In this document: in pieces, positions 48,663 to 58,262 of the stretch
How the letters are laid out: every line of letters begins with the position of its first letter
Numbering within the stretch: the stretch's first letter is position 1
Assembly: GCA_963725335.1 (NCBI GenBank)
Contig: CAVRYD010000011.1
Span: 301,605 to 365,604 of the forward strand
Direction: 5' to 3'
Length of the DNA stretch: 64,000 nucleotides
DNA from: an uncultured Acidobacteriota bacterium
Lineage (GTDB): Bacteria; Acidobacteriota; Vicinamibacteria; Vicinamibacterales; 2-12-FULL-66-21
Made by a program: the position numbers and the translations under genes
The notes under the pieces: model-generated
The model's input: the letters and a program-made list of their open reading frames with translations, nothing else
What the model was told of the DNA's origin: nothing
Databases searched by the model: none

Positions 48663-49190
48663 CTTCGGCGGTGCCGGTGACTGCGCTGCAGGCGCGGCCG
48701 TCGGCACCGCGATTGTGCGTCCCCCGGATGCCTCGCCGTAGGCTGGCGCATGCGTGCCGATTCGTGGATCCTCAACGACGCCCGCGGCTCGAACCGGCAG
48801 GCCGTGTTGCACGATCAGCTTCTTGGCTTGCTCAATCGGCACGTGCGCGATACCTGCACGTTCGTCTACCCAACCGTAGCCCTCGAGTTTTGTCGTTTCC
48901 TCCGCACGGAACTTTCGGAGGTTCCCGGGCTCATCGGTCAGCAGCCTCGGTGCCGTTGGCTGCAGGCCGGCCGGCCGCGCGACCGGCGATACCTGGTCCC
49001 GACTGGCTGCCTGCGATTCCAGTGCGCGGAACATGATCCACATCAACAGCGCCGCTCCCGCAACGACCAGCGCCAGCCCGCCGCCGAACGCGAGCACCGT
49101 TCGGATGTTGGTATCCGAATGCTCGTGCGCAACGTCCTCGTTGTGCATCTCCTCGTCGGAGTAGTGGTGTGGAGCATCAGTGGGCGTCAT
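48660..49190 (-). CDS. Single-pass membrane protein in the ActG position of the ACIII-oxidase operon (unassigned family)
   Basis: Intact 176-aa ORF. His/acidic N-terminus HHYSDEEMHNEDVAHEHSD, one TM (VLAFGGGLALVVAGAALLMWIMF), and a periplasmic domain with YGWVDERAGIAHVPIEQA. Its start overlaps the actF stop by 14 nt. Confidence 0.5.
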   Translation of the reverse strand: MTPTDAPHHYSDEEMHNEDVAHEHSDTNIRTVLAFGGGLALVVAGAALLMWIMFRALESQAASRDQVSPVARPAGLQPTAPRLLTDEPGNLRKFRAEETTKLEGYGWVDERAGIAHVPIEQAKKLIVQHGLPVRAAGVVEDPRIGTHAPAYGEASGGRTIAVPTAAPAAQSPAPPK

Positions 49191-50374
49191 GCGCGAACGC
49201 CTCCTTGAAGAAGGGATCGTTGAGGGGCAACAGCGCCCGGCTTTGCAGATTTCGAGCGAACAGGAACATCCAGACTCCCGTCAGCCCGACGGGCAGTGCG
49301 ATGTCCATCCAATGAATCGGGAAACCCTGGTGCTTGAACATCGGCTCGACGATCCAGATGAGATCCACGACCCGCATGACGAGGATCGCGACCGCGACCT
49401 TGGCCAGCAGATGCGGACGACGCTTCAGGTCCCGCGAGAGCAGCAGGCTGAAGGGCAGCGCGAAATGTCCGAGCAGGATCGCCACCGACACGTACTGCCA
49501 GCCGCCGCGGAACCGGTTGTAGAAGAACGGGATCTCTTCGGGCAGGTTCCCCGCCCAGATAATCAGCAACTGAGAGAAGGAGAAGTACGCCCAGAGCATC
49601 ACGAACGCGAGCAACAGCTTTCCCAGGTCGAGGAAGTGCAGCCGCGGATTCAGATAGGTGGCGAGCGGCTCGACGTCGCTCAGGGCGGCAAGCACGGCAA
49701 TGATGAGCGCCAGACCGGCGAGTCCCTGCCCGGCGACGAGAATGAAGCCGAAGATCGTCGAGTACCAATGCGGGTCGAGCGACATGATCCAGTCGACCGC
49801 CGCGAACGTCATCGTCACGACGTAGATGAGAAGCCCTGGCGCGCTGACGACGCGAAAGCGAACGGTGTCGCCCGGATGGACCGCCACCTCGCCGCGATCC
49901 TGCGCGGCGGACCACCCGTTCAGCAGCCACGCACCCACCGTCCACAAGGCAAAGAACACCACGGCACGCGCGATGAAGAACGGCACGTTCAGGTAAGGCG
50001 CCTTCATCTGGATGACCGGATCCACACGCGGCGACTTCCGGCTGCGCCCATTCATACAGCCTCGGCAGACCGAAGAGCAGCGGCACGAATAACAACGCAA
50101 CGAAAGGCAGATTGCGGCTCGCTGCCTCGCAGACACGCCGGCCCACCAGTCCCCATTGGCCGCCGGACATGTGCTGCAGCATCAGCAGGGCGAAGGGGCC
50201 CATCGACAAACCGAGGCAGAAGAGAAATCCGATCAGCCAGGAGCGGAAAAACTGGTCGACGCTGAGAAATGCTCCGGCGATTCCGGCGAGCAGTCCCCAG
50301 AAGCCCGCCATGAGGCCCCATCGCTGGAGCCGCGCCAGTGCCGGCACGTCCGTGATCACTGCGTGTGTATTCAT
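49177..50374 (-). CDS. actF: Alternative complex III subunit ActF (NrfD-like membrane subunit) (one frame break near 50040)
   Basis: The N-terminal part is in ORF 49187-50374 (FFRSWLIGFLFCLGLSMGPFALLMLQHMSGGQWG). The rest is in ORF 49177-50136 (KAPYLNVPFFIARAVVFF...DWIMSLDPHWYSTIFG...IIWAGNLPEE). Confidence 0.8.
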
Positions 50375-50378
50375 GCGA

Positions 50379-51108
50379 TCAGTGTTTCTCCGGCGCCTGT
50401 TCGCCGCCGGCCGGTTGCGGAACCTTCGTCGGGTCGCCGCCCGGCACGTCGGCGGCGGCCGCGTGCTGGCTCAACTGAAGCGCCCGGATGTACGCAACGA
50501 TGGCCCAGCGATCTCTCGGAGCAATCTGCGCCTTGTAGTCGGGCATGACGCCGAAGCCGTTGGTGATCACGTCGAAGAAATACCCCACGTCGGCCTGCCG
50601 AAGCCGATCGATGTGGTACGACGGCGGCTGGCGATATCCGCGCTGCACGACGATGCCGTTGCCGCTGCCGGTCTTGTCGTGACACGGGCTGCAGTAAATG
50701 TTGAAGCGCTCCTGCCCGCGGTCGAGTACCGGCCTCGTCAATCGGAAACGGGAATTCCTTCACCGTGACCTTGTCGATCTTTCCGGTGAAGAACGCCTCG
50801 TCGTCCTGGAGCGTTCCGCGCGCGACGGTCCCTTCGACCAGCGGCCGCGCGCTCGAGCCATCGGCGAAGAACGTGCTGGCCCTGAGCCCGCGATACTTCG
50901 GCTGGTTGTGCATGTCCTGACGACAGCCGGCTACGGACAGACACAGCGCGAGCGCAAAGAGAGCGCGCTGTGCTGATCGCGACTCGCGGTTCGCGCCTGG
51001 CGGTTCGCGATTCGCGAGTCGCGCGCCGCCAGTTGCGAGTCGCGAGCCGCCAGTTGCGAGTCGCGCGCCGCGAGCCGCGAGTCGCGAGTCGCTATTCCTC
51101 GACATCAC
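50379..51108 (-). CDS. actE: Alternative complex III monoheme cytochrome c lipoprotein ActE (frame break near 50745; unusual repeat-encoded N-terminus)
   Basis: Lipobox LALCLSVAGC. Heme motif CSPCH with downstream MPDY in ORF 50379-50741. The only in-frame start codons (51108/51105) lie upstream of a 21-nt tandem repeat. Confidence 0.75.
50975..51092. repeat. CGCGA/GTCGCG low-complexity region with two exact-length 21-nt tandem units, inside the actE 5' end
   Basis: 51021-51041 GCGCGCCGCCAGTTGCGAGTC and 51042-51062 GCGAGCCGCCAGTTGCGAGTC, flanked by related GAGTCGCGA words. In frame they encode (A/S)RLATGG heptapeptides on the minus strand. Confidence 0.85.
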
Positions 51109-51643
51109 TGATTTCCTTGGCGCCTAGCGTCTGCAGAAACGCCCGCGTGCGGTCGCGGTCGAATTTGGCATCGGCCGCCTCGATGGCCAGGAAGAAACGG
51201 TCCTGACTGGCGTGCATCGTGAAGCGCTCAACGTTGAAGACCGGGTGATAGGGCATCGGCAGACCGTTCAGCCCGAACATGCCGAACACCGCGGCGAACG
51301 CGGCAAACAGGATCGTGAGCTCGAACGTGACCGGCACGAACATCGGCCAGCTCAGGTACGGTCGTCCCGCGATATTCAGCGGGTAGGCGATCGCCGCCAC
51401 CCAGACCTGAAGCCCGAGACCGGTGCACAACCCCGTCAGGCCACCCAGCAACACGAAGAGCGGCACCCGTTTGTCGTGGAGGTGCATGGTTTCGAACGTC
51501 TCGTGGATCGGAAACGGCGAGTACGCGTCGAACCTGCGGTATCCCTCAGCGTAGGTGCGTCGCGTCGCTTCGACGAATTTGGTCGTATCGTCGAACTCGC
51601 CCATCACGCCGTAGAGCGCCGGAGCAGGAGATGTGTGGTCCAT
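51092..51643 (-). CDS. actD: Alternative complex III subunit ActD (DUF3341-like membrane subunit)
   Basis: Intact 183-aa ORF: [10 protein letters not shown]...[10 protein letters not shown], two TM segments, then a C-terminal soluble part. Position between actC and actE. Confidence 0.8.
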   Translation of the reverse strand: MDHTSPAPALYGVMGEFDDTTKFVEATRRTYAEGYRRFDAYSPFPIHETFETMHLHDKRVPLFVLLGGLTGLCTGLGLQVWVAAIAYPLNIAGRPYLSWPMFVPVTFELTILFAAFAAVFGMFGLNGLPMPYHPVFNVERFTMHASQDRFFLAIEAADAKFDRDRTRAFLQTLGAKEISDVEE

Positions 51644-51656
51644 ACGCTGACCGCGC

Positions 51657-53034
51657 TCAGTGCGCTTTCGCTCCCTTCACCTTTGCCGCGGGAACCATCG
51701 TCCGCATCTCGAAGATCGAAATCATCGGCAACACTCTGATGAACAGGAAGAAGAGGGTGATGAATAGCCCGATGGTGCCGAAAAAAGTCATCAGGTCCCA
51801 CCGCGTCGGCCAGTACATGCCCCACGACGAGGGTAGGAAATCGCGATGCAGGCTGGTCACGACGATCTCGAAGCGTTCGAGCCACATGCCGACGTTGACG
51901 AACATCGAGATGAGGAAGAGCACCGGCGGGCTCGTCCGCATGCTCTTGATCCAGAGGAACTGCGGCATCACGATGTTGCAGAGGATCAGCAACCAGTAGA
52001 ACGGCCAGTACGGGCCGAACATCCGGTTGTAGATCATGAACTGCTCGTACTTGTTCGAGCTGTACCAGCCGAAGAACGCCTCGAACACGTAGCCGTAGCC
52101 GACGATGAGGCCGGTCACGAGCATGACCTTGCCCATGTTCTCGAGGTGCCGCATCGTGAGGAAGTCCTCGAGGTGATAGAGGACGCGCAGCGGAATCGCC
52201 AGCGTGAGCACCATCGCGAAGCCCGCGTAGATGGCGCCCGCGACGAAATACGGCGGGAAGATCGTCGAGTGCCAGCCAGGAATAATGCCGATCGTGAAGT
52301 CGAAGCTGACCACGGTGTGCACCGAGAGGTACGAGCGGCGTCGAGAGGCCAGCAAGAAGAAGGTAGGCCGCCTCGTAGCGTTCCCAGTGGCGTGCCGAAC
52401 CGCGCCACCCGAGCGCGAGCATGCCGAAGAGCCGGCGGATCTTGAGGCTCTTGGCGCGATCGCGAAGCGTTGCGAGGTCGGGTACGAGGCCGACGTACCA
52501 GAAGAGGAGCGAGACCGTCAGGTACGTCGAGACCGCAAACACGTCCCAGATCAACGGGCTGCGGAACTGCGGCCAGACGCCCATCGTGTTTGGGTACGGC
52601 AGCAGCCAGTACGCCGCGAGCCACGGCCGCCCGGTGTGGATGAGCGGAAAGATTCCGGCGCAGGCTACCGCGAAAAGCGTCATGGCTTCCGCGAAGCGAT
52701 TAATCGACGTGCGCCAGTCCTGTTTGAGCAACAGGAGGATGGCCGAGATCAGCGTGCCCGCGTGGCCGATGCCGATCCACCAGACGAAGTTGATGATCGC
52801 GAATCCCCACCCGACCGGGATGTTGACGCCCCAGATTCCTGTGCCCTTCAGCAGCAGCCAGGTAATGGCCATCAACAGCATCATCGTCATCATGAAACCG
52901 ACGAAGAGGCCGAAGAACCAGCTGTAGGGATGGCGCCGGGTCAGAACGATCCCGGCGATCTGCTCGGTGACCGTGTCGAACGAGTGCCCCGGCTCTATGA
53001 CCGGCGGCGGCGCGTAAACGGGTTGTGCGTCCAT
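51657..53034 (-). CDS. actC: Alternative complex III subunit ActC (NrfD/PsrC-like quinol-interacting subunit) (one frame break near 52340)
   Basis: [54 protein letters not shown] in ORF 51604-53034. The C-terminal half ([25 protein letters not shown]...) is in ORF 51657-52355. Its ATG overlaps the actB stop (TGATG). Confidence 0.85.
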
Positions 53035-56000
53035 CAGTGTTCAGCCGTCGAGTGCGAAGCCACGGACTCGAGCTCCGGGTTCGAGTTCCGCAGCGCCGCC
53101 AGATACGTCGTCCGGGGCCGAGTGTTGAGATCTTCGAGCACGCCGTAGTTCCGCTCCTGCGCCTTGAGCTTGACGACCTGGCTGTTCGGATCGTTGAGAT
53201 TGCCGAACACGATCGCGTCAGACGGGCAGACCGCCTGGCACGCGGTGACAATTTCGCCGTCTCGAATATCGCGATCCTCGCGCTTGGCGTCGATTCGCGC
53301 CTGGTTGATGCGCTGCACGCAGTAGGTGCACTTCTCCATGACACCGCGGCTCCGCACGCTGACGTCCGGATTGCGCATCGGATACAGGCTCGGCGTATCC
53401 CAGTCCTGATATAGAAGGAAGTTGAAGCGGCGAACTTTGTACGGGCAGTTGTTCGAACAGTACCGCGTGCCGACGCAGCGGTTGTACACCATGTCGTTCA
53501 GCCCTTCCGAGCTGTGCGACGTCGCCGCCACCGGGCAAACCAGCTCGCACGGCGCGTTCTCGCACTGCATGCAGGGCACCGGCTGGTGATAGGCCTCGAC
53601 CGCATTGTCGTAGTCGTTCCCGGCAAAATAGTGATCGACGCGGATCCAGTGCATCTCGCGCCCCGCAGCCACTTGCTCCTTCCCCACAACCGGAATGTTG
53701 TTTTCAGCGACGCACGCGATCGTGCACGCACTGCATCCCGTGCAGGAGCTCAAGTCGATCGCCATCCCCCACTTGTTCCCCTCGTACTTGTAGTCCTCGT
53801 ACATCGTGAGCGTTCTGGGCGGCTTCTCTCCCTGCTCCTCGATCACTTTGGGTTCGTTCTTGTACTGCTCGAGGGTGGCGCTCCGCACGGGCGCGCGTCC
53901 CTCCATCAGATGGTGTTCCTGCGTGGTGGCCAGCGGATAGCGCTCACCAGTCTTGGCGATTTCGAGCCCGCTGCCGAACCACGGCGCGTCCGATGTGCGG
54001 AGAAGGTAGGCGTTGAACGCCTCCGCGTCCTTCGTGGCGTTGCCGACGCTGCCCGCCATGCGCCGCCCGTAGCCGAAGAAGACCGTGACTGACTGTTGAG
54101 GGTGGCCCGGCACGCGGAAGATTGGCATCCGCGCCGTGTTGCCTCGATAGCGCAGCTCGATCACATCGCCGTCCTCGAGGCTTCGTTCACGGGCGAGCTG
54201 AGGACTGATCCACGCGGTAGTGTCCCATGTCACTTTGGTCAACGGCTTCGGCAGCTCCTGCAGCCAGCCGTTGTTGGCGAACCGGCCGTCCCACACCGTC
54301 GGATCGGGACGGAAGATCAGTTCGAGTCCGCCTTGGGATCCGGCGGCCGACTGCGATGGCGGCGGCGCCTGCGCCTGTGGTGCTGGCGCCTGCGCAGGAG
54401 CGCCAGCGGCAGCGGTGCCGGAGCGCATGGCGGCGGCCGTGGCGATCGGAACCGGCTCGGGCGACGACGGCGTCGCGGGGGCAGCCACGAATGGAGTCTC
54501 CGGTCCACCATTGGCGATAGCCGTGCCGTTGATGAATCCGTCGTGCAGCGCGTGTCGCCAGAACGCGTCGAAGTTCTTGAATGGCTGACCGTCGTTCGAG
54601 CGAATCGTCCAGGGTCCGCCTGCGAAGGCTCGCGTCCAGTAGTCCTTGACGATAGCGTAGGCGCGGCGATCGGGCTGTGACGTGAAAGTCGCCAGCACTT
54701 CGGCCGCGGTTCGCCCCTCGTAGAGTGGCGCGATCAACGGCTGAATGAGAGTGACCGTCCCGTCGTAGGCGCGGGCATCGCCCCAGCTCTCGAGCGGATG
54801 CGCGTCCGGAATATTCCAGTGACAGAGGTATGCCGTCTCGTCGACGTAGAGACCGTGGTAGATCGCGAGGTTGACCTTCGAAAGCTTTTCGGAGAATTTG
54901 AGGTCCGCTGGTGCGGTGTACACGGGGTTGAGGCCACCGAGCATCACGAGCAGTTCGACCTGACCGGCCTCCATTGCACGGGCGAGATCGATCAATGACG
55001 CGGTGTTGTCGGTCGGCGACGCCTCAATCGATCCGCCGTACGTGACGGTCGCACCCACGTTGCCGAGAGCCTCGTTGATCGCCCGCGCGATCGTGTGCAG
55101 CGAGGCCGGCTGATACTCTCCGGCGATCACCACCGAGCGCCCGCGGTGGGCCTGGAGGTCCTTGGCGACCGCAGCCACCCATTTGCCAACGACGCTCGCG
55201 GGATCCGCCGTAGCGGATCCGGAGGCCGACGCGGCTGGCGCACCGACGGCGCCGGCAAGTTGCCGGCCGAATCCTTCGATTTCCGCGGCCTTGAGGGCCA
55301 GCCGATGATCGGCCTTCGCGCCGGTCAGCGACGGTGTGCTTTCGATTGCGTAAAGACGGTTCATCTCCTTGCGCTCGTCAGTGACGCGCCGATGTGCGGC
55401 GAAGTCTTTCTGATAACGCACGCTGCCAGGCCCGCAGGTCAGGAAATCCGAGTCGAGCGACACGACGACGTCCGCTTTGTCGAAGTGATAGATCGCCTCG
55501 CCGGCTGGGGCGGCGGAGATCGCGGCTCCACGGGCGCCGTCGCGAGAGATCGGATCGTACTGGTGCCACTTCGCCTGCGGAAATGCGGCGAGAACCGAGG
55601 CCATGACCTCGGCCATCGAAGGGGAGGTCACCGGGCCGCTCAGAAAACGGATGCCGGCCCCTTGTCGCGCTTTCTGTCGGGACACCGCCGACTGCAACGC
55701 AACGAGGAACGATCCCCACCCGCTGATCTCGCCGCGGCTGGTGACCGCTTTGGCGCGATCGGGGTCGTAGAGACCAAGAATGGCCGCCTGCGTAAACGTG
55801 TCGGTGGCGCCAAGGCTTCCAGGATGCTCGGGGTTGCCCTCGACCTTGGTCGGATGCCCCATGTGGCTTTCGACCAAAACAGGATGGGCGACGCCGGAGA
55901 ACGGAACAGCGCTCGCGAAAAAGAGGGGACGTCCGGGGACGAGATCTTCAGGCTGCCTGACGTAAGGGACGATCTCTTCGGCCGGTTGCTTCGTGCAGGC

Positions 56001-56207
56001 ACTGACGCCTGCAAGGGCGAGCGAGGCAGTCATGAGTTTCAGGAACTGGCGCCGCCCTTTCGGATCGTTCCACTCGGAGGCCTGTTCGGGAAACTCGCGA
56101 TGCAGATACTCGCGGAACTCGAGCGTATCGGCGAGTTCTCCAAGACTGCGCCAGTACATACGCCCATGGCTGCCGGCCAGACGGGATCGGATGGGAGAAG
56201 AGTCCAT
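53034..56207 (-). CDS. actB: Alternative complex III subunit ActB (molybdopterin-oxidoreductase-like plus 4Fe-4S ferredoxin domains, Tat signal)
   Basis: Intact 1057-aa ORF. Twin-arginine [20 protein letters not shown]. Cys clusters [42 protein letters not shown] and CQAVCP. Confidence 0.9.
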   Translation of the reverse strand: MDSSPIRSRLAGSHGRMYWRSLGELADTLEFREYLHREFPEQASEWNDPKGRRQFLKLMTASLALAGVSACTKQPAEEIVPYVRQPEDLVPGRPLFFASAVPFSGVAHPVLVESHMGHPTKVEGNPEHPGSLGATDTFTQAAILGLYDPDRAKAVTSRGEISGWGSFLVALQSAVSRQKARQGAGIRFLSGPVTSPSMAEVMASVLAAFPQAKWHQYDPISRDGARGAAISAAPAGEAIYHFDKADVVVSLDSDFLTCGPGSVRYQKDFAAHRRVTDERKEMNRLYAIESTPSLTGAKADHRLALKAAEIEGFGRQLAGAVGAPAASASGSATADPASVVGKWVAAVAKDLQAHRGRSVVIAGEYQPASLHTIARAINEALGNVGATVTYGGSIEASPTDNTASLIDLARAMEAGQVELLVMLGGLNPVYTAPADLKFSEKLSKVNLAIYHGLYVDETAYLCHWNIPDAHPLESWGDARAYDGTVTLIQPLIAPLYEGRTAAEVLATFTSQPDRRAYAIVKDYWTRAFAGGPWTIRSNDGQPFKNFDAFWRHALHDGFINGTAIANGGPETPFVAAPATPSSPEPVPIATAAAMRSGTAAAGAPAQAPAPQAQAPPPSQSAAGSQGGLELIFRPDPTVWDGRFANNGWLQELPKPLTKVTWDTTAWISPQLARERSLEDGDVIELRYRGNTARMPIFRVPGHPQQSVTVFFGYGRRMAGSVGNATKDAEAFNAYLLRTSDAPWFGSGLEIAKTGERYPLATTQEHHLMEGRAPVRSATLEQYKNEPKVIEEQGEKPPRTLTMYEDYKYEGNKWGMAIDLSSCTGCSACTIACVAENNIPVVGKEQVAAGREMHWIRVDHYFAGNDYDNAVEAYHQPVPCMQCENAPCELVCPVAATSHSSEGLNDMVYNRCVGTRYCSNNCPYKVRRFNFLLYQDWDTPSLYPMRNPDVSVRSRGVMEKCTYCVQRINQARIDAKREDRDIRDGEIVTACQAVCPSDAIVFGNLNDPNSQVVKLKAQERNYGVLEDLNTRPRTTYLAALRNSNPELESVASHSTAEH

Positions 56208-56215
56208 GCGTTATC

Positions 56216-56352
56216 AGCTTCCAGTGTCCAGCTTCCAGCTTCGGACTTGACGCGTCGATCGCCAGCTCCGAGCCTTACTTCTTCGCCTGTTTTCTACTGC
56301 CAAGTCATTAGTAACAAACGTATTTAGCTGATAGCTGACAGCTGGAAGCTGG
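56216..56352. repeat. Inverted repeat built from AGCTGG/CCAGCT words in the actA-actB spacer
   Basis: CCAGCTTCCAGCT at 56228-56240 is the perfect reverse complement of AGCTGGAAGCTGG at 56340-56352. An extra CAGCTTCCAG lies at 56215-56224. The intervening 99 nt include an AT-rich stretch. Confidence 0.85.
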
Positions 56353-56356
56353 TCGC

Positions 56357-57016
56357 TTACCTGTGGCATGTCGAACAGCTCGTCAGCTGCTCCGGGCTGG
56401 CGATTTTGTATTCCTTCACCAACCGTGCGCCGAGTCCGGGGTCGTTCGAGGGCGGCTCCCACGCCATGTTGTAAACCTGGTCGCGAGGGCGCACGTAGTT
56501 CGCGGGGTTGCGATGACAGTTGATGCACCAATTCATCTGCAGGTTCGCCTGCTGATAGATGAGCGGCATTTTGTCAACGCGCCCGTGGCACGTGGCGCAT
56601 CCGACGCCCTTTCTCACGTGAATGCTGTGGTTGAAGTACACAAAATCAGGCAAATCGTGGACGCGCGTCCAATGGAGCGGCTTGTTCTCGCGGAAGCTGG
56701 CGCGCACTGGCTCGAGAATGGGCGCAGTGGTCCAGAGCTGCGAGTGACAATTCATGCACGTCTTGGTCGGCGGAATGTTCGCGAACGCCGACTCTTCGAC
56801 CGACGTGTGACAGTACCGGCAATCGATTCCCTCACCGCCGACGTGATGCGCATGGCTGAACTGGATCGGCTGCTCAACGTGCACGCCCTGGTTCGTGTTG
56901 TATCCGGACAGATGCAGCATCGCGACGCCGCCGCCGAGCGTTGCGGCGATACCGGCAACCACCAGAATGCTGAGCCGGGAGTAGATGTTGGTGGAGCGAT
57001 GAAAGATCTGACTCAT
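56357..57016 (-). CDS. actA: Alternative complex III pentaheme cytochrome c subunit ActA
   Basis: Intact 219-aa ORF with an N-terminal TM anchor and five CxxCH motifs (CRYCH, CMNCH, CATCH, CINCH, CSTCH). Confidence 0.9.
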   Translation of the reverse strand: MSQIFHRSTNIYSRLSILVVAGIAATLGGGVAMLHLSGYNTNQGVHVEQPIQFSHAHHVGGEGIDCRYCHTSVEESAFANIPPTKTCMNCHSQLWTTAPILEPVRASFRENKPLHWTRVHDLPDFVYFNHSIHVRKGVGCATCHGRVDKMPLIYQQANLQMNWCINCHRNPANYVRPRDQVYNMAWEPPSNDPGLGARLVKEYKIASPEQLTSCSTCHR

Positions 57017-57128
57017 CGTGTCGAAGCCCGCGCGTACGTACTCCCAAGAGCCTACTCGAAACTGGGGCCGTACAGAAGCGCACGATGGTCGGCGGCTTCG
57101 TCACTGAGACCGCGCCACGACGCGTTCT

Positions 57129-57159
57129 TATAATGTGAAACTTTTCACAATCTTGTCAA
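57129..57159. promoter_or_regulatory. AT-rich divergent promoter core with a TGTGA-N6-TCACA palindrome
   Basis: TATAAT on the plus strand (57129-57134). TTGACA on the minus strand (complement of 57154-57159). Perfect palindrome TGTGAAACTTTTCACA at 57134-57149, i.e. a CRP/FNR-family-type half-site arrangement. This is the only strongly AT-rich patch between actA and the ABC gene. Confidence 0.4.
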
Positions 57160-57173
57160 ATCGCTCACAGCTA

Positions 57174-57359
57174 TCAGCCCTCAGCCCTCAGCTGAGTGCT
57201 CACCTCCATGTGTTCACTCGCCGAGTGCTGTAAGCTGCTGCCAACTCGAAAGCGGTTCACGGAGCTGAATGTCAGCAGCTGACAGCGCTGTCGGCTGACA
57301 GCTGAGAGCTGACAGCTGAGAGCTGAAAGCTGAGAGCTGAAAGCTGAAAGCTGAAAGCT
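57174..57359. repeat. AGCTGAN heptamer array (word family 3) running into the start codon of the ABC ATPase gene
   Basis: CAGCCCT x2 at 57174-57190. (A/G)GCTGA at 57293, 57300, 57307, 57314, 57321, 57328, 57335, 57342, 57349 and 57356 (exact 7-nt steps). The last unit overlaps GTG 57360. Confidence 0.9.
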
Positions 57360-58262
57360 GTGTCCAACGCCATCGCACTGTCCAACGTCACGAAGCAGTT
57401 CAACGGCACGCTCGCCGTCGACGATCTGTCGCTGTCGGTCCCTGCCGGCTCGATCTACGGCTTCATCGGTCCGAACGGCTCCGGAAAGACGACGACGCTC
57501 AGGATGATCATGCACATCCTGCTGCCCGACCGTGGCGAGATCGAGGTGCTTGGGTCGCGTGACACCGCGGCCGCGCGCGACAAGGTGGGCTACCTGCCGG
57601 AGGAACGGGGGCTCTATAAGAAGATGACAATACGTCGTCTGCTCCGATACTACGGGCGGCTGAAAGGACAGACGACGTCCAGGATTGACGCGGCGATCGA
57701 GGACTGGATGCGACGGATGGAGCTGCCGGGACTGCTCGATCGACAGATCGAGACCCTCTCGAAAGGCATGTCGCAGAAAGTGCAGTTCATTGCCGCCGTC
57801 GTGTCGAGTCCGTCGTTGCTCATCCTCGATGAACCGTTTTCCGGACTCGACCCGGTCAATGCGCAGGTGCTCAAAGACGCCGTCCTCGAGATGCGGGCTC
57901 GCGGCGCGACGGTGGTGTTCAGCACGCACGATATGGCGACAGCCGAGCGGATGTGCGATCGCATCTTCATGATTTTCCGAGGCAGGAAAGTCCTCGACGG
58001 CTCGCTCGAGAGCATCCAGGATCAGTACGGCGCCGATACCGTGCGGGTGCGAACGGCGACCGGCGCCGCGGCCCTCGAGGGGATGCCCGAGGTCGAATCG
58101 ACCAACGACTTTGGACAAGTGCAGGAGGTGCGGTTGAGCGGGGATCCGCAGGCCTTCCTGTCACGGCTGGCTGCGAGGACCGCGGTGTATCACTTCGAAG
58201 TGACGCGGCCGTCGCTCCAGGACATCTTTGTGCGCATTGCGAAGCCGGATCCATCACCATGA
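57360..58262 (+). CDS. ABC transporter ATP-binding protein (ABC-2 / NatA-like)
   Basis: Intact 300-aa ORF. Walker A GPNGSGKTT, signature LSKGMSQKV, Walker B LLILDEPFSGLD, H-loop STHD. Confidence 0.9.
   Translation: MSNAIALSNVTKQFNGTLAVDDLSLSVPAGSIYGFIGPNGSGKTTTLRMIMHILLPDRGEIEVLGSRDTAAARDKVGYLPEERGLYKKMTIRRLLRYYGRLKGQTTSRIDAAIEDWMRRMELPGLLDRQIETLSKGMSQKVQFIAAVVSSPSLLILDEPFSGLDPVNAQVLKDAVLEMRARGATVVFSTHDMATAERMCDRIFMIFRGRKVLDGSLESIQDQYGADTVRVRTATGAAALEGMPEVESTNDFGQVQEVRLSGDPQAFLSRLAARTAVYHFEVTRPSLQDIFVRIAKPDPSP

Noticed and set aside
55095-56327. 410-aa plus-strand ORF (similar cases at 49180-50265, 57174-58118, 61226-62146, 10034-11038)
   Set aside because: All lie opposite, or out of frame to, strongly supported genes (actB, actF, the ABC ATPase, actC-2, guaB) and show shadow-ORF composition.
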